A DNA stretch of 64,000 nt from Longimicrobiales bacterium (GTDB lineage Bacteria > Gemmatimonadota > Gemmatimonadetes > Longimicrobiales > Gaopeijiaceae): contig CBDCNQ010000004.1 of NCBI GenBank assembly GCA_965219445.1, positions 160,001 through 224,000 of the forward strand, written 5' to 3'. This document shows positions 49,465-59,215 of this stretch, in pieces. The translations under genes were made by a program, and so were the position numbers. The notes beneath the pieces are model-generated. The model saw nothing but the letters and a program-made list of their open reading frames with translations. It did not search any database and was not told where the DNA came from. Every line of letters begins with the position of its first letter. Position 1 is the first letter of the stretch.

Positions 49465-50861
49465 GACGGCACCTTGACACCGGGGTTAGCGAGCGCGGGC
49501 AGTCCAAGAAGAGGTTCACGGGCCCCGCAGCCCAGAAGCGGATTGGGACTTATCTCGAAAGCATCCTCGCTGAAAAAATCTTCGTCGCCAGCTGCCAGAC
49601 TAAACTGCGTACGCGCATAGTTGCGATTGGGGTCGAGGCGAAAGGGGTAGGCTCGCAGGATGAACTCATTCATGCAGGCTGCCGCCGCCCGCATGTTTAG
49701 GGAGATTACGGCTGGCGCCTCTTCAATCGCCCCCTTGATATAGCCCGCTTCGACTTCTTGAGCGTGAGCATCAGGCGCCACGGATCGGAGATATTCGGCG
49801 CGCAACCTCTCCGGGGTATAGACCTTGCGATCGCCGAGGGTGGCGCCGCCGGGCTGGACATAGTCGATACGTCCGACCGCGTCGATGATGGCGATGGCGG
49901 ACTCCGCATTTCGGACCGGAATGACGACGCCGACATCGAACAACGGCAACACGAAGGCAGCAGCGATCAGATCGGCTAAATGTCGGGCCTCCAGCGTATC
50001 GACACAGCAGAACATTACATCGCCTTGGCTAGCGGCGAGCACAGCGTCCCGTGTATTGATCGGTGCGATGACCGGGGTGGCGATGCCCGGTCCTCGATAG
50101 GTGGTGATGGCCTCGGCGAAAGCGTCGGACTTGAACCGTCGGGCTACGACGTCCGCCAGCGTAGCGTTAAGGATGCGGTTGAGATTGCGCTGCTTTATGC
50201 GATCGAAATCGATCAGCGTCACGCCACCGAAGCCGAGCCGGGCGGCCTGTTCGGCTTGGATCGATCCCGTGCCGGAAACGCCGATGATGATGGCAGTCAG
50301 CCGCCCGAGTTCGGCGGTCATACCGCTCGTGAAGGCCACCGGGCGTGCGCCTGTCTCCACCGACAAAGACTCGTCGTTCCACCAAAAGTGGATATCATCG
50401 CCCGCGCTGGTTACGAGGTCGACGGGACGCGGAGCCATATCCGAGTCGTAAAGCCGAGCGCGCATGGCACCGCTGGGAATCATGATCGCGGAGCCATGCC
50501 AATCACCATAAGCCTGAAACAGCGATTCGATGGTTATGAGGTCGCTCTTGTCGTCGGCTTCAGAAAAGGCGAACAGCCCGCCGGGATGCGAATGCAGCAG
50601 GATGAGGCAGAGCCCTTCGGCCTCGCCACGATCGATCGCTTCTTCAAGAAACCGGCCGGGCCAAGTGATGGCATCATGCCCCCGATGGGCGCAGGCATCG
50701 TAGGGAATGGGAATGATTTCGCGCACGAGCAGCCGCAGACGCGGGCCCGGTGTCCGGGCGCACAGAAGGATCGTGGCGGCCTCACAACCATCGCCCGGAA
50801 AGAGGTGGCAATGCGCCTGTGTATGAGTCGTCCCGGCCAGCGCGAGAGTCGTCGAAATCAT
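49461..50861 (-). CDS. JAB peptidase-E1 (ThiF) fusion
   Basis: E...LHSHPGG..FS..DD JAB motif; IIGVSGTGS, DFD.I...NLNR E1 motifs. Confidence 0.88.
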   Translation of the reverse strand: MISTTLALAGTTHTQAHCHLFPGDGCEAATILLCARTPGPRLRLLVREIIPIPYDACAHRGHDAITWPGRFLEEAIDRGEAEGLCLILLHSHPGGLFAFSEADDKSDLITIESLFQAYGDWHGSAIMIPSGAMRARLYDSDMAPRPVDLVTSAGDDIHFWWNDESLSVETGARPVAFTSGMTAELGRLTAIIIGVSGTGSIQAEQAARLGFGGVTLIDFDRIKQRNLNRILNATLADVVARRFKSDAFAEAITTYRGPGIATPVIAPINTRDAVLAASQGDVMFCCVDTLEARHLADLIAAAFVLPLFDVGVVIPVRNAESAIAIIDAVGRIDYVQPGGATLGDRKVYTPERLRAEYLRSVAPDAHAQEVEAGYIKGAIEEAPAVISLNMRAAAACMNEFILRAYPFRLDPNRNYARTQFSLAAGDEDFFSEDAFEISPNPLLGCGAREPLLGLPALANPGVKVPS

Positions 50862-51970
50862 TCTCCCACCTCCTTGGTGAGAGCCGCCTCGACCAAGCCG
50901 ATCTGGGACACGACGTTGTCGGTTGCGGGATCCCACGGCGCAGTTGGCCCTCGATGGCGCGACCAGCCATGAAATTCGAAGCCGAGCAGCGTACCGCGAA
51001 GCTGAGTCCTGGGGATAGTGCGGCCCGATGCCAGCGCCAGCGGCGGATACACGTAGAAGCCATAGATCGCCGCCCCCGGATAGGCCGGTGGAATCTCCAG
51101 CGCCAGCATGGTGTGCGCGAGGGTGTAGCCTGCTGGCACCGGAAAGTGCCGGATGAGCAGCCATCGCCGATTAGCATCAACGATCGTCTCCCACTTGAGC
51201 TGGAGGCGGTCGAGATAGGCGGTATCAATGTCCAGCAAACCGAAGTCGCGGCGAGACGCCGGAGGCGCCTCGCCATTGTCGACATTGCGTGGTGTGAGCC
51301 GAAGCTTCTCAATGCCAGGCGTCTCAAGGTCGAGAACATCCGTGAGGCTCACCTCGCGCTTCGTCTTGCCCGCCACCTTGAAGAAGATGTGCCACGGCTT
51401 GCTGGTGTCGAAGCCGGCCTGTTCCATGGCGGCGCTCACGGTAATGGTGCGCGTCGTCACTTCAATCACCACGCCGTGGACGTTGAGCTTCCACGCGGCC
51501 TTGCGGGTGATGAACGATTCGATGCCGTCCATGTCTAGATCGACAAGGTCATCGGCGCCAATGAGCTGATCGGGATAGTCTACCCGCTCCAGATACAGCA
51601 ACTTGTCTGCCGAGATCAAAGCGAGCTTGCGAAGCAGCCCGCCGCTCACAACGCGGCAGGACCAGTCGAAGCGTTGCCCGTCGATTGACAGGAGATAAAC
51701 GCGATCGCTGGCGACGATCACGAAGCGACCGTCATGGTGACGCAGGTCGACGACCTCCTCGAGACGGATGGTCTCGAGCGCGCCGTCCGCGAGGACCTGG
51801 AGGATGATCGCGGTATCGGGGGACTTGAAGCCAGCGGCCCGCGCGAGCTGCGCACCTGTTGGTGTCAGATCATCGATCTTGACGGCTCGGTAGGCCAGCG
51901 TCTCGTCGGCGATGGCGATGCTACGATGGTCTTTACCGCAGCCAAGCGCGGTGTCTGCAATGTCGGACAT
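50858..51970 (-). CDS. Triple ubiquitin-like domain-E2 fusion (Multi_ubiq + Prok-E2_E-like)
   Basis: Three repeats ending V/LDL..(G)..F/L; VDNG junction; P.P.GY, IPP.YP, WSRH. Confidence 0.85.
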   Translation of the reverse strand: MSDIADTALGCGKDHRSIAIADETLAYRAVKIDDLTPTGAQLARAAGFKSPDTAIILQVLADGALETIRLEEVVDLRHHDGRFVIVASDRVYLLSIDGQRFDWSCRVVSGGLLRKLALISADKLLYLERVDYPDQLIGADDLVDLDMDGIESFITRKAAWKLNVHGVVIEVTTRTITVSAAMEQAGFDTSKPWHIFFKVAGKTKREVSLTDVLDLETPGIEKLRLTPRNVDNGEAPPASRRDFGLLDIDTAYLDRLQLKWETIVDANRRWLLIRHFPVPAGYTLAHTMLALEIPPAYPGAAIYGFYVYPPLALASGRTIPRTQLRGTLLGFEFHGWSRHRGPTAPWDPATDNVVSQIGLVEAALTKEVGE

Positions 51971-52011
51971 AAATCCTCCTAAGTGTCGCCGGCTCCATTG
52001 CCGGTGATGCT

Positions 52012-52072
52012 AAATTAGAATAGCTTGCCAAGTACGTCAAGCAGCCTCTTCGCAAGCTTGCTGCGTTTAGCA
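52012..52072 (-). promoter_or_regulatory. Promoter and palindromic operator candidates of the Ubl operon
   Basis: TTGACG-17-TAATTT overlapped by GCTTG-N10-CAAGC; GCAAGCTTGC palindrome at 52052. Confidence 0.5.
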
Positions 52073-52085
52073 ATGGGATATAAGA

Positions 52086-53305
52086 TGAATTGCCTCCGTG
52101 TGGTGGACCCCTAGGTCTCTTGGGAGAAAGGAGTTCAGCATGGGAAGAACGAGACCGGCATACCCACCGGAGTTTCGGGAGCAGATGGTGGCGTTGGTGC
52201 GGGCGGGGAGGAGGCCGGAGGAGCTGGCTCGGGAGTTTGAGCCTTCGGCCCAGTCGATCCGCAACTGGGTGGTCCAAGCTGATCTGGATGAAGGGCGAAG
52301 AACTGATGGGTTGACGACCCAGGAGCGCGAGGAGCTCCGGCGCCGGATCAGCGTAAGAGTTCGTGAGAGCCAATCAGGCGAGCTTCCCGGTGCGGCTGAT
52401 GTGCCAAGTGCTGGGCGTCTCCCCCAAGCGGGTACTGTGCGTGGCGCCGTCGAGGGCCTTCGCCGAGAGAGCGGTCACCAACGGGCGACTGCGTGAGCGG
52501 ATGCGGGAGATCCACCGGTCGAGCCACGAGACGTACGGGCGGCCTCGGATGCAGGCGGAGCTTCGTGACGCGTGCTGGGGGGTCAATCACAAGCGTGTGG
52601 CCCGTCTGATGAAGCTCGAGGGCCTCGAGGGTGCGAGCCGTCGCAGAAAGTGGCGTACGACGAAGCGGGCCAAGGACGTACGGCCCGCCCCGGATCTGGT
52701 CGAGCGAGACTTTCTGGTGAGAGGTCCGGACCGGCTCTGGGTGGCGGATGTGACCTACCGTGCCCACCTCGAGCGGGTTCCTGTACCTGGCGGTGGTGAT
52801 GGATGCCTGGAGTCGGCGGGTGGTGGGCCGGTCGATGGAGACGCACCTGAGGACGGAGCTCATGCTCGGGGCGCTGAACATGGCGATCTGGCAGCGACGG
52901 CCCGAAGCGGTGGCCCACCACAGAGACCTGGCCAGTACACGTCGACCGCCTTCGGGCTGCACTGCAAGGAGGCGGGTGTGAGGCCCTCAATGGCCTCGGT
53001 GGGCGATGCCTACGACAACGCGATGTGCGAGAGCTTCTTCGCCACGCTCGAATGCGAGCTGATCGAGCGGAAGCGGTTGCGGAGCCAGGCTGAGGCAAAG
53101 ATGGCTGTGTTCGACTTCATCGAGGGCTGGTATAACCCGCGACACAGACACTCGGCCCTCGACTACGAGTCGCCGATCCACTTCGAACGGCGGAGTGAGG
53201 CTGCCTTCTACTCCCCCGCCGCGCGGGGGAAGCTCCTCACTTCCCACAGCTAGGGGAGGAGTGACAATCCCAGTTCTTACCTGTCCACTCAAAAGGGACA
53301 GCTCG
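52086..53305 (+). mobile_element. Degenerate IS3-family element
   Basis: IRs sharing GTGGAC/GTCCAC; orfA YPPEFR, orfB WVADVTY and DNA..ESFF with frameshifts and an internal deletion. Confidence 0.88.
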
Positions 53306-53353
53306 AAGGAATATAGTTCCGATTCTGCATCCGATTCTCAGAGAGGAGGCCAC

Positions 53354-53737
53354 ATGAGCGATACGCCAGACGTAGGTGCGGGAAAGCCAAATAGGCTAGG
53401 CCAATATCTCAATAGCGTCCGACGCGGTCTTGATCTTTCACTCAGGGACGTCGAAGAAACGACGGGAAAGGAAGTCAGCAATGCCTATTTGAGCCAGCTC
53501 GAAACTGGCAAGATCCGGAAGCCTTCGCCACATATTCTCTACGCTCTGTCTACAGCACTCGCCGTCCCTTACGAGGATCTCATGGAGCGTGCAGGCTATA
53601 TCGCACCGAACCGCGGGAGACCCGAAGGCTCAAAACATGGGAGTGCAGCGACCTTCGCGATCGAGGACCTAACCTCCGACGAGGAAAAAGCGTTGCTTGA
53701 ACATCTCTCCTACATTCGGTGGCAAAGCAACAAATGA
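53354..53737 (+). CDS. XRE-family HTH regulator (CapH-like)
   Basis: LSLRDVE..VSNAYLSQLETG...PSP; RBS GAGGAGG. Confidence 0.88.
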   Translation: MSDTPDVGAGKPNRLGQYLNSVRRGLDLSLRDVEETTGKEVSNAYLSQLETGKIRKPSPHILYALSTALAVPYEDLMERAGYIAPNRGRPEGSKHGSAATFAIEDLTSDEEKALLEHLSYIRWQSNK

Positions 53738-54642
53738 GTCGTCGACCGGACGACTGCTCCTTGAGCTTGGCTCAACTGGCGAAGGTCCGCAAAGAGGCCG
53801 AGCGCTCTCTACGGGAAGCAGATGTGCTCGGCGTCCTGCCGACACCTATCGACCACATCCTCGCTGTAGCGAAGGTAGAGGAGGTAAAGGACAATGTGCT
53901 TGATGAAGGCTTCCTTACCAAAATGCGCACGAAGGCAGGTGGTGGTGCACTCAAGCGAGCTTTATCCAAGGTCATGGGAGTTTTCGACGCCGTCGCTGGC
54001 CTCGTCTTTGTCGACCAGCTTCTGCTGCCGGTAAAGAAGCGATTCGTGACGTTACACGAAGCGGGCCACGGATTCATGCCGTGGCAACGCGCGATGTACA
54101 AGATCGTTGAGGATTGTGCTCAGACACTCGATCCTGAAGCGGCAGATCTTTTTGACCGTGAAGCGAACATGTTCGCCTCGGAAGTGCTCTTTCAGAACGA
54201 TACCTTCTACGACTTGGCTGCGGACGAGAAGTTCGAAATCTGGACGCCGATACGACTTGCGAAGAAGTTCGACGCCTCCCTCTATTCGTCTATCCGCCAA
54301 TATGTCTCAAAGAACGACCGGCGCTGCGTTGTCCTTGTACTACACCCGCCCAAACTTGCTGAAGGCGATGGATTCCGGGCAACGCTTCGACGCGTCATTG
54401 CCTCGAATGCCTTTACGAAGGCATTCGGTGATTATCCCTGGCCGTCAGCCTACACGCCAGATGACCAACTTGGGTGCCTAGTGCCGATTGGCAAACGCAA
54501 ATCATCCGGGAAACGCGAAGTCGTACTCATTGATCGGAATGGAGATCGGCATGAGTGCATCGCCGAGTCTTTCACCCAGACACACCAAGTGTTCATTCTT
54601 ATCCATGCAGTAAAGACACTTGGGCCAGCCGTGGCTTTGTAG
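53734..54642 (+). CDS. ImmA/IrrE-family metallopeptidase (CapP-like)
   Basis: HEAGH and EAN.FA motifs; ATGA overlap with HTH gene. Confidence 0.85.
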   Translation: MSRRPDDCSLSLAQLAKVRKEAERSLREADVLGVLPTPIDHILAVAKVEEVKDNVLDEGFLTKMRTKAGGGALKRALSKVMGVFDAVAGLVFVDQLLLPVKKRFVTLHEAGHGFMPWQRAMYKIVEDCAQTLDPEAADLFDREANMFASEVLFQNDTFYDLAADEKFEIWTPIRLAKKFDASLYSSIRQYVSKNDRRCVVLVLHPPKLAEGDGFRATLRRVIASNAFTKAFGDYPWPSAYTPDDQLGCLVPIGKRKSSGKREVVLIDRNGDRHECIAESFTQTHQVFILIHAVKTLGPAVAL

Positions 54643-54655
54643 TCTCCACGAGCGG

Positions 54656-56719
54656 TTACTCCAGCAACTTGAACACTCCGTCTTCCGCGTCCCTGTAGAA
54701 CTCGATGTTGACCTTGGTCCATACATCGTCCTGCAGGTTCATCAACTCGCGACGTGCCCCGACAGGCATCAGGAGCACGGCCGCCTGCTTGTCGACTGCC
54801 AGCTCCGCCATCGCAACCGGGTCCGGGACTTGCTCGAGCGACCCTCCCAAGTTCAGCGGGCCGACGACGATCGTTGCGCCGCGGGTCTTCCGCTCCAGTA
54901 ATCCGCTAACCATGGCCGCGAGCACTGGCAGCCCGAGCCCCCGGCCAGACTTGTCGTTGTCCCGAGGCTGCATCTGAACCGTGTACTGGTGCGCACGCGC
55001 ATCGCGGTCGCCTACCAACGTCTTTCCTGATGCGTAGAGGTTCTGGTGGCCTACGTTCACGCTCTCCCGAAACGCCGGAGGGATCGGCTGGTTCAGGATC
55101 TTCGCGGATCCGGGACCTGGTCCGACAGCCACTTCGATGCGGTAGAGCCCCGGCCCGGTACCTTCTACTCCGGGCCCGATCGCCCACACCTGCCCAGGAG
55201 GCAGCGGGTCTCCGTCAATCGCCTCGTCGCTCCGGAGCTCCGGCGTAGCCACAAACTGCTCCGTACCGTCAACTCCCAGAGTGTACGAAAAATGGGTGCT
55301 TCGGAACTCCGCCTTGAGGCACCGTTTCTGTTGCTCCTTCACGCGGCGGCGGGACTCCAGGGCGACTCGCACCATCCATTCGAGGTCGTCGTCCTCCACC
55401 TCCATCTCCGGGTCCGGCAAGAGGAGCTTGATGAGACCAGAGATTGTCTTGTGCACCGCCTCGATGTCCCGTCCAGACAGCGCGCCACCCCAGAACACCC
55501 GATTCTGGAGAATGGGGAGGCGCGTGGTGTCGCGAAGCTTGGTCCAGCACGCGCTCAGGAAGTCATTGACCAGACCGAAGTGGTCGGTGAGGTGCTCGTT
55601 TGGGTTGAGTTTGGGGAAGTCCCAGCCGGGAGCGTAGGAGTGGATCCGGTCGTGGAAGGCCGTGTCGTCTCGCATCTGCGTAGGGAGCGGGCTCAGCAGG
55701 TGTCCGATGCGCTGCTGCTGCTCTACCGAGACATCGAAATTGCCGACGAGGACCAGAGAACCTTCCGCACGGATGCTCTCCTTGCCCCGGCTGAACTCGC
55801 CCGACGCCATGTAGCCCTTCATGATATTGACGCCGTCCTTCTGATCGAAGGAGATGCCGGCGACCTCGTCGAAGCACAGCACATCGTACTGGCAGACCAG
55901 GCCACGCTGTCCGTTCGCCATGTTCACGAACATCTTGGCCACGGTGGCTTTCCCGCCCGACAGCAAGTGGGAGTACGGAGACAGCTGCTGGTAGACGTGG
56001 CTCTTGCCGGTCCCTCGCGGCCCGAACTCAACGAAGTTGTAGTTGCGTTCGACGAAGGGGATGAGGCGCAAGAGAACGACTCGCTTGGCTCGTTCGTCCA
56101 GCGCCGAGGGCTCGAGGCCCGTGGAGCGGACGAGAAAATCCATCCACTCGGCCGTGGTGAAGGAGCGCCGCCCCTTCGCCAATACTTCGAGGACCGATGG
56201 GTTCGACATCTGGATGGGCCGCATGTCAGCGACACTGAACGGCCGACCGTTCTTCTCCTGTGCGATCACCGCGTCGTACGCCAACGTCACCTCGGCGTAG
56301 AATCCGTCGGCCAGTATCCGTTCGTTCTCGGTAACGACTTCGCTGGCGATCCGGATGTCCCGAAGGCCGAGGCTGGGCAATTCGGCGATGTAACAGTCGT
56401 TCTTGGCATCGAGGCGGGCACGCACGATGTCGATCAGGCGCACCGAGCCCTGCTCGCGGGCGCGCGACTTGAACACTTCCTGCTCGGCGGACCGGACCGT
56501 GCGGCCTTCGAGCTGTGTCTTCACGATCGCGAGACCTTCGTCGATCTCGTCCTGATCGACGCTAGCGCAGTAGCGGCCCAGCAGGAATTCGACGACGTAG
56601 GTAGGGACGGGGTACTGCCGAGCGTAGCGCCGCACGAGATCTTTGCGCACCAGGTAGCCCGGGAACGCTTCGTTGGCCTTGCGGTCCAATGCGTCCATTT
56701 GAAACTCCGGTGCGCTCAT
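54656..56719 (-). CDS. brxL: BREX Lon-like AAA+ protein
   Basis: VP.YVVE.LLG.YC, GPRGTGKSH, FDEV, G.FSRG, DTAF.DRIH. Confidence 0.92.
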   Translation of the reverse strand: MSAPEFQMDALDRKANEAFPGYLVRKDLVRRYARQYPVPTYVVEFLLGRYCASVDQDEIDEGLAIVKTQLEGRTVRSAEQEVFKSRAREQGSVRLIDIVRARLDAKNDCYIAELPSLGLRDIRIASEVVTENERILADGFYAEVTLAYDAVIAQEKNGRPFSVADMRPIQMSNPSVLEVLAKGRRSFTTAEWMDFLVRSTGLEPSALDERAKRVVLLRLIPFVERNYNFVEFGPRGTGKSHVYQQLSPYSHLLSGGKATVAKMFVNMANGQRGLVCQYDVLCFDEVAGISFDQKDGVNIMKGYMASGEFSRGKESIRAEGSLVLVGNFDVSVEQQQRIGHLLSPLPTQMRDDTAFHDRIHSYAPGWDFPKLNPNEHLTDHFGLVNDFLSACWTKLRDTTRLPILQNRVFWGGALSGRDIEAVHKTISGLIKLLLPDPEMEVEDDDLEWMVRVALESRRRVKEQQKRCLKAEFRSTHFSYTLGVDGTEQFVATPELRSDEAIDGDPLPPGQVWAIGPGVEGTGPGLYRIEVAVGPGPGSAKILNQPIPPAFRESVNVGHQNLYASGKTLVGDRDARAHQYTVQMQPRDNDKSGRGLGLPVLAAMVSGLLERKTRGATIVVGPLNLGGSLEQVPDPVAMAELAVDKQAAVLLMPVGARRELMNLQDDVWTKVNIEFYRDAEDGVFKLLE

Positions 56720-59076
56720 GTGGTGTCTCCCGCGCGGGTCGGCTTCTGGGCGAGAATGCGGCCATCCGGATCGGTTACGACCACGACCAGAGCGGCGTCA
56801 GCGTGCTGGTCGTCGGAGAGAACCAGGCTGACGAGCCCGTCTTCGTCGATTCGCTTAGGTGAGGAAGCCACAGATTGCCCCGCGGGGCTACCGAGCCGCA
56901 GGTCGGCGCTAAGCGGGCCGCCCCGTACCTCGACGTTGACGTTGCAGCGGAACCGAAGCCAGGAGACGTCCCGGATTGTGGCAGCGGCTCCGCCCTCACC
57001 CGCACTTTCCACGCGAATGTCCGGTATGAGGCACTCTTGGACGCTGAGCCCACCGTGAGCGTACTCGTCCCTCTTGCTGAAACAGGCGATACCGGGCGGT
57101 GTCGCGAACGACTCGTTCGGGTCCCAGTGCCAAGAGTGGAGGGGAGCGTCGGGCCTGGAATCGCCGGAGATGACGGCGCAGCGCGCCCACTTGGACGCGG
57201 TGAGGTGCGTCGGGAGGCTGACCATGGGCAATCCGCCGGGGAGCAGGAGCCAGCCGTGGTCGGTAATGACGCGAACCGCTCGCCAGCCGGCCTTGAGCAG
57301 GTCGTTGATGCGGCGGGCCAGGCACCGCAGTTCGTCGTCCAGCAGGCGGGCGAATAGCACCCCATCGGCGTGGTGGCCGTGCTTGTCGATTTCGCCGGTC
57401 TCCATCCAGCCGCGTGGTCCGGCGTCCATCGGAAACTCGAGGGTATCGCCGACGATCTGATAGCCGCGACCCTCCATGGCTCCCCGGAGCTCCTTCTGGT
57501 CCGCCGCCCGGCCCGTGCCCCGCATCACGGGACGGAAGTCCGGACCCAGGCCGTCACCGGCGATGTCACGAGCGGCGGGAGTGACGGCTGGCTTGGCGGT
57601 GGCGGTCACCGTCGGGATCGCAGCCCAACGGTGTCCGGTGGTGGTCCTACAACCCGATCCCTCCAGGCGCTCGACCAAGCGGCGCCCAAGCTCGTACCTG
57701 AGTCCGTCGACGAAGACGACGCACTCGCCTTCGCCCGCAACGACGACGGGTTGGTCGCCGGCGGAGGGGAGCGGCTGCCGGTCCAGTGACGCTTGAAAAG
57801 CGCGAGCAGAATCATCCAGCCAGGACTCAAGCAGATGCCGGACGGCATCGGCGACCGTTTGCTCATACTTGTCAGGGGCCAGGGCGAGGGCCTCCCGGGC
57901 ACTCGCGTCCGCGAGCCAACCGCGATCTGCGTACGCTCGGGCAACATCGTCCGGTGTCGCACCGCCGAGCCTGGTGCGCGCCGACTCCGCGAGCCGGGCC
58001 AGTGGTTCAAGGACCCGGGCGAATGGCGAGCGCCCAAGCTTCGCCCACACCCAGTCCCGGCGGTCACGGTGTTCGGCCTCGAGTCGGACGACCGTTTCGC
58101 AAGCGTCTCCGTGCAACTGTGACTGGAGATCAGCCAAGGCATTCCGTACGGTCTCCTCGTCCTCGTCGTTCTGATCCGGCCACCGTTCACGATGGAGAAC
58201 GAGTTCGCCAACTGGCCGGGCCCGCACAAGCACCTCACCCACCTTGGGAAAGCTATTCGGTGCCTCAGAAAACCGGGTCCAGACATCAGCCCACCGACCC
58301 GCGCCCTCGCCCAGTTTGGCGGCAGCCGATACGTCCGCTTCCGTTGCCGGATCGAACTTAAGTTCCTGACGGCACTCTGCGCGGAATGCCTTCCAACCGC
58401 TGGCCCCCAATTGGGCACGCGCGCCCTCCGGGTCGGCCATCCACCGGAGGACGTCGCGCATCACGTCAACCCCAGCCATGCGGTTGAAGTCGGCGGCGTC
58501 CAGCCGACGGCCTCGGAGTTGGTCCATCGGGGCCAGGAGCACTTGGTCAAGAACTCCCAGCAACGCGGCCGTCGTACCCTGATCGGTCGCAATGTCGAGA
58601 CCCGCTCCTTTGGGTGAGCTGAGGAAGGCCGTTGCACTCCAGTCGCGACCATTGGGGTGGTGCCAAACGATGCCTCGGTAGAGGAGCTCCACGAGCGGTT
58701 TGAGCTCGTCGGGACAATCCTCGCCAGCCCTCAGTTGATCGCGTTCTACTCCGGGGAGGTAGATGATCGGGGTGTGATCTCTAGCGAAGCCAGGAAAATC
58801 GATCGTTCCGTCGATCACGCAGCGGAGCCAAATTGCCGGCCCTGTGCGTTCCTCAGGACGGTAGTCGCCGAGCACTAGCAGTTCAGGAATCTCGGCCCGC
58901 GCGACCGACAAGAGCCGTCGCCATTCCTCTTTCGGGTCCGTCCAGAGAACAGCGACGGGCTCGTCTTCGCCGCTCCGGACTGAGGCCCGACCCCGCAAGC
59001 TCTCGATGAGGTAATCCATGGGCCGGGAAGGACCCTTTCCCGTGCTACCGCGTGCCGCCATATGAGCTGCCGTCAC
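56716..59076 (-). CDS. pglZ: BREX phosphatase/nuclease PglZ
   Basis: VDGLRYE, PTVT, IDKHGH, TDHG, HGG.S.QE. Confidence 0.9.
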   Translation of the reverse strand: MTAAHMAARGSTGKGPSRPMDYLIESLRGRASVRSGEDEPVAVLWTDPKEEWRRLLSVARAEIPELLVLGDYRPEERTGPAIWLRCVIDGTIDFPGFARDHTPIIYLPGVERDQLRAGEDCPDELKPLVELLYRGIVWHHPNGRDWSATAFLSSPKGAGLDIATDQGTTAALLGVLDQVLLAPMDQLRGRRLDAADFNRMAGVDVMRDVLRWMADPEGARAQLGASGWKAFRAECRQELKFDPATEADVSAAAKLGEGAGRWADVWTRFSEAPNSFPKVGEVLVRARPVGELVLHRERWPDQNDEDEETVRNALADLQSQLHGDACETVVRLEAEHRDRRDWVWAKLGRSPFARVLEPLARLAESARTRLGGATPDDVARAYADRGWLADASAREALALAPDKYEQTVADAVRHLLESWLDDSARAFQASLDRQPLPSAGDQPVVVAGEGECVVFVDGLRYELGRRLVERLEGSGCRTTTGHRWAAIPTVTATAKPAVTPAARDIAGDGLGPDFRPVMRGTGRAADQKELRGAMEGRGYQIVGDTLEFPMDAGPRGWMETGEIDKHGHHADGVLFARLLDDELRCLARRINDLLKAGWRAVRVITDHGWLLLPGGLPMVSLPTHLTASKWARCAVISGDSRPDAPLHSWHWDPNESFATPPGIACFSKRDEYAHGGLSVQECLIPDIRVESAGEGGAAATIRDVSWLRFRCNVNVEVRGGPLSADLRLGSPAGQSVASSPKRIDEDGLVSLVLSDDQHADAALVVVVTDPDGRILAQKPTRAGDTT

Positions 59077-59215
59077 TAGGGATTACTCGGCATCAGCGGA
59101 ATTTCCGGATCGTCGGGCGGCTTCCGAGCCGGAATAGCCGTGGCTGACACCTCGCCCGGATCTCCAAGGTGGACCCGCGAAGGCACAGGATCGATCGGGG
59201 CAAAAGACGACGGTG

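Noticed and set aside
55046..57058. 670-aa plus-strand ORF and other long antisense ORFs (e.g. 38946-40382)
   Set aside because: Shadow frames of real genes in high-GC DNA
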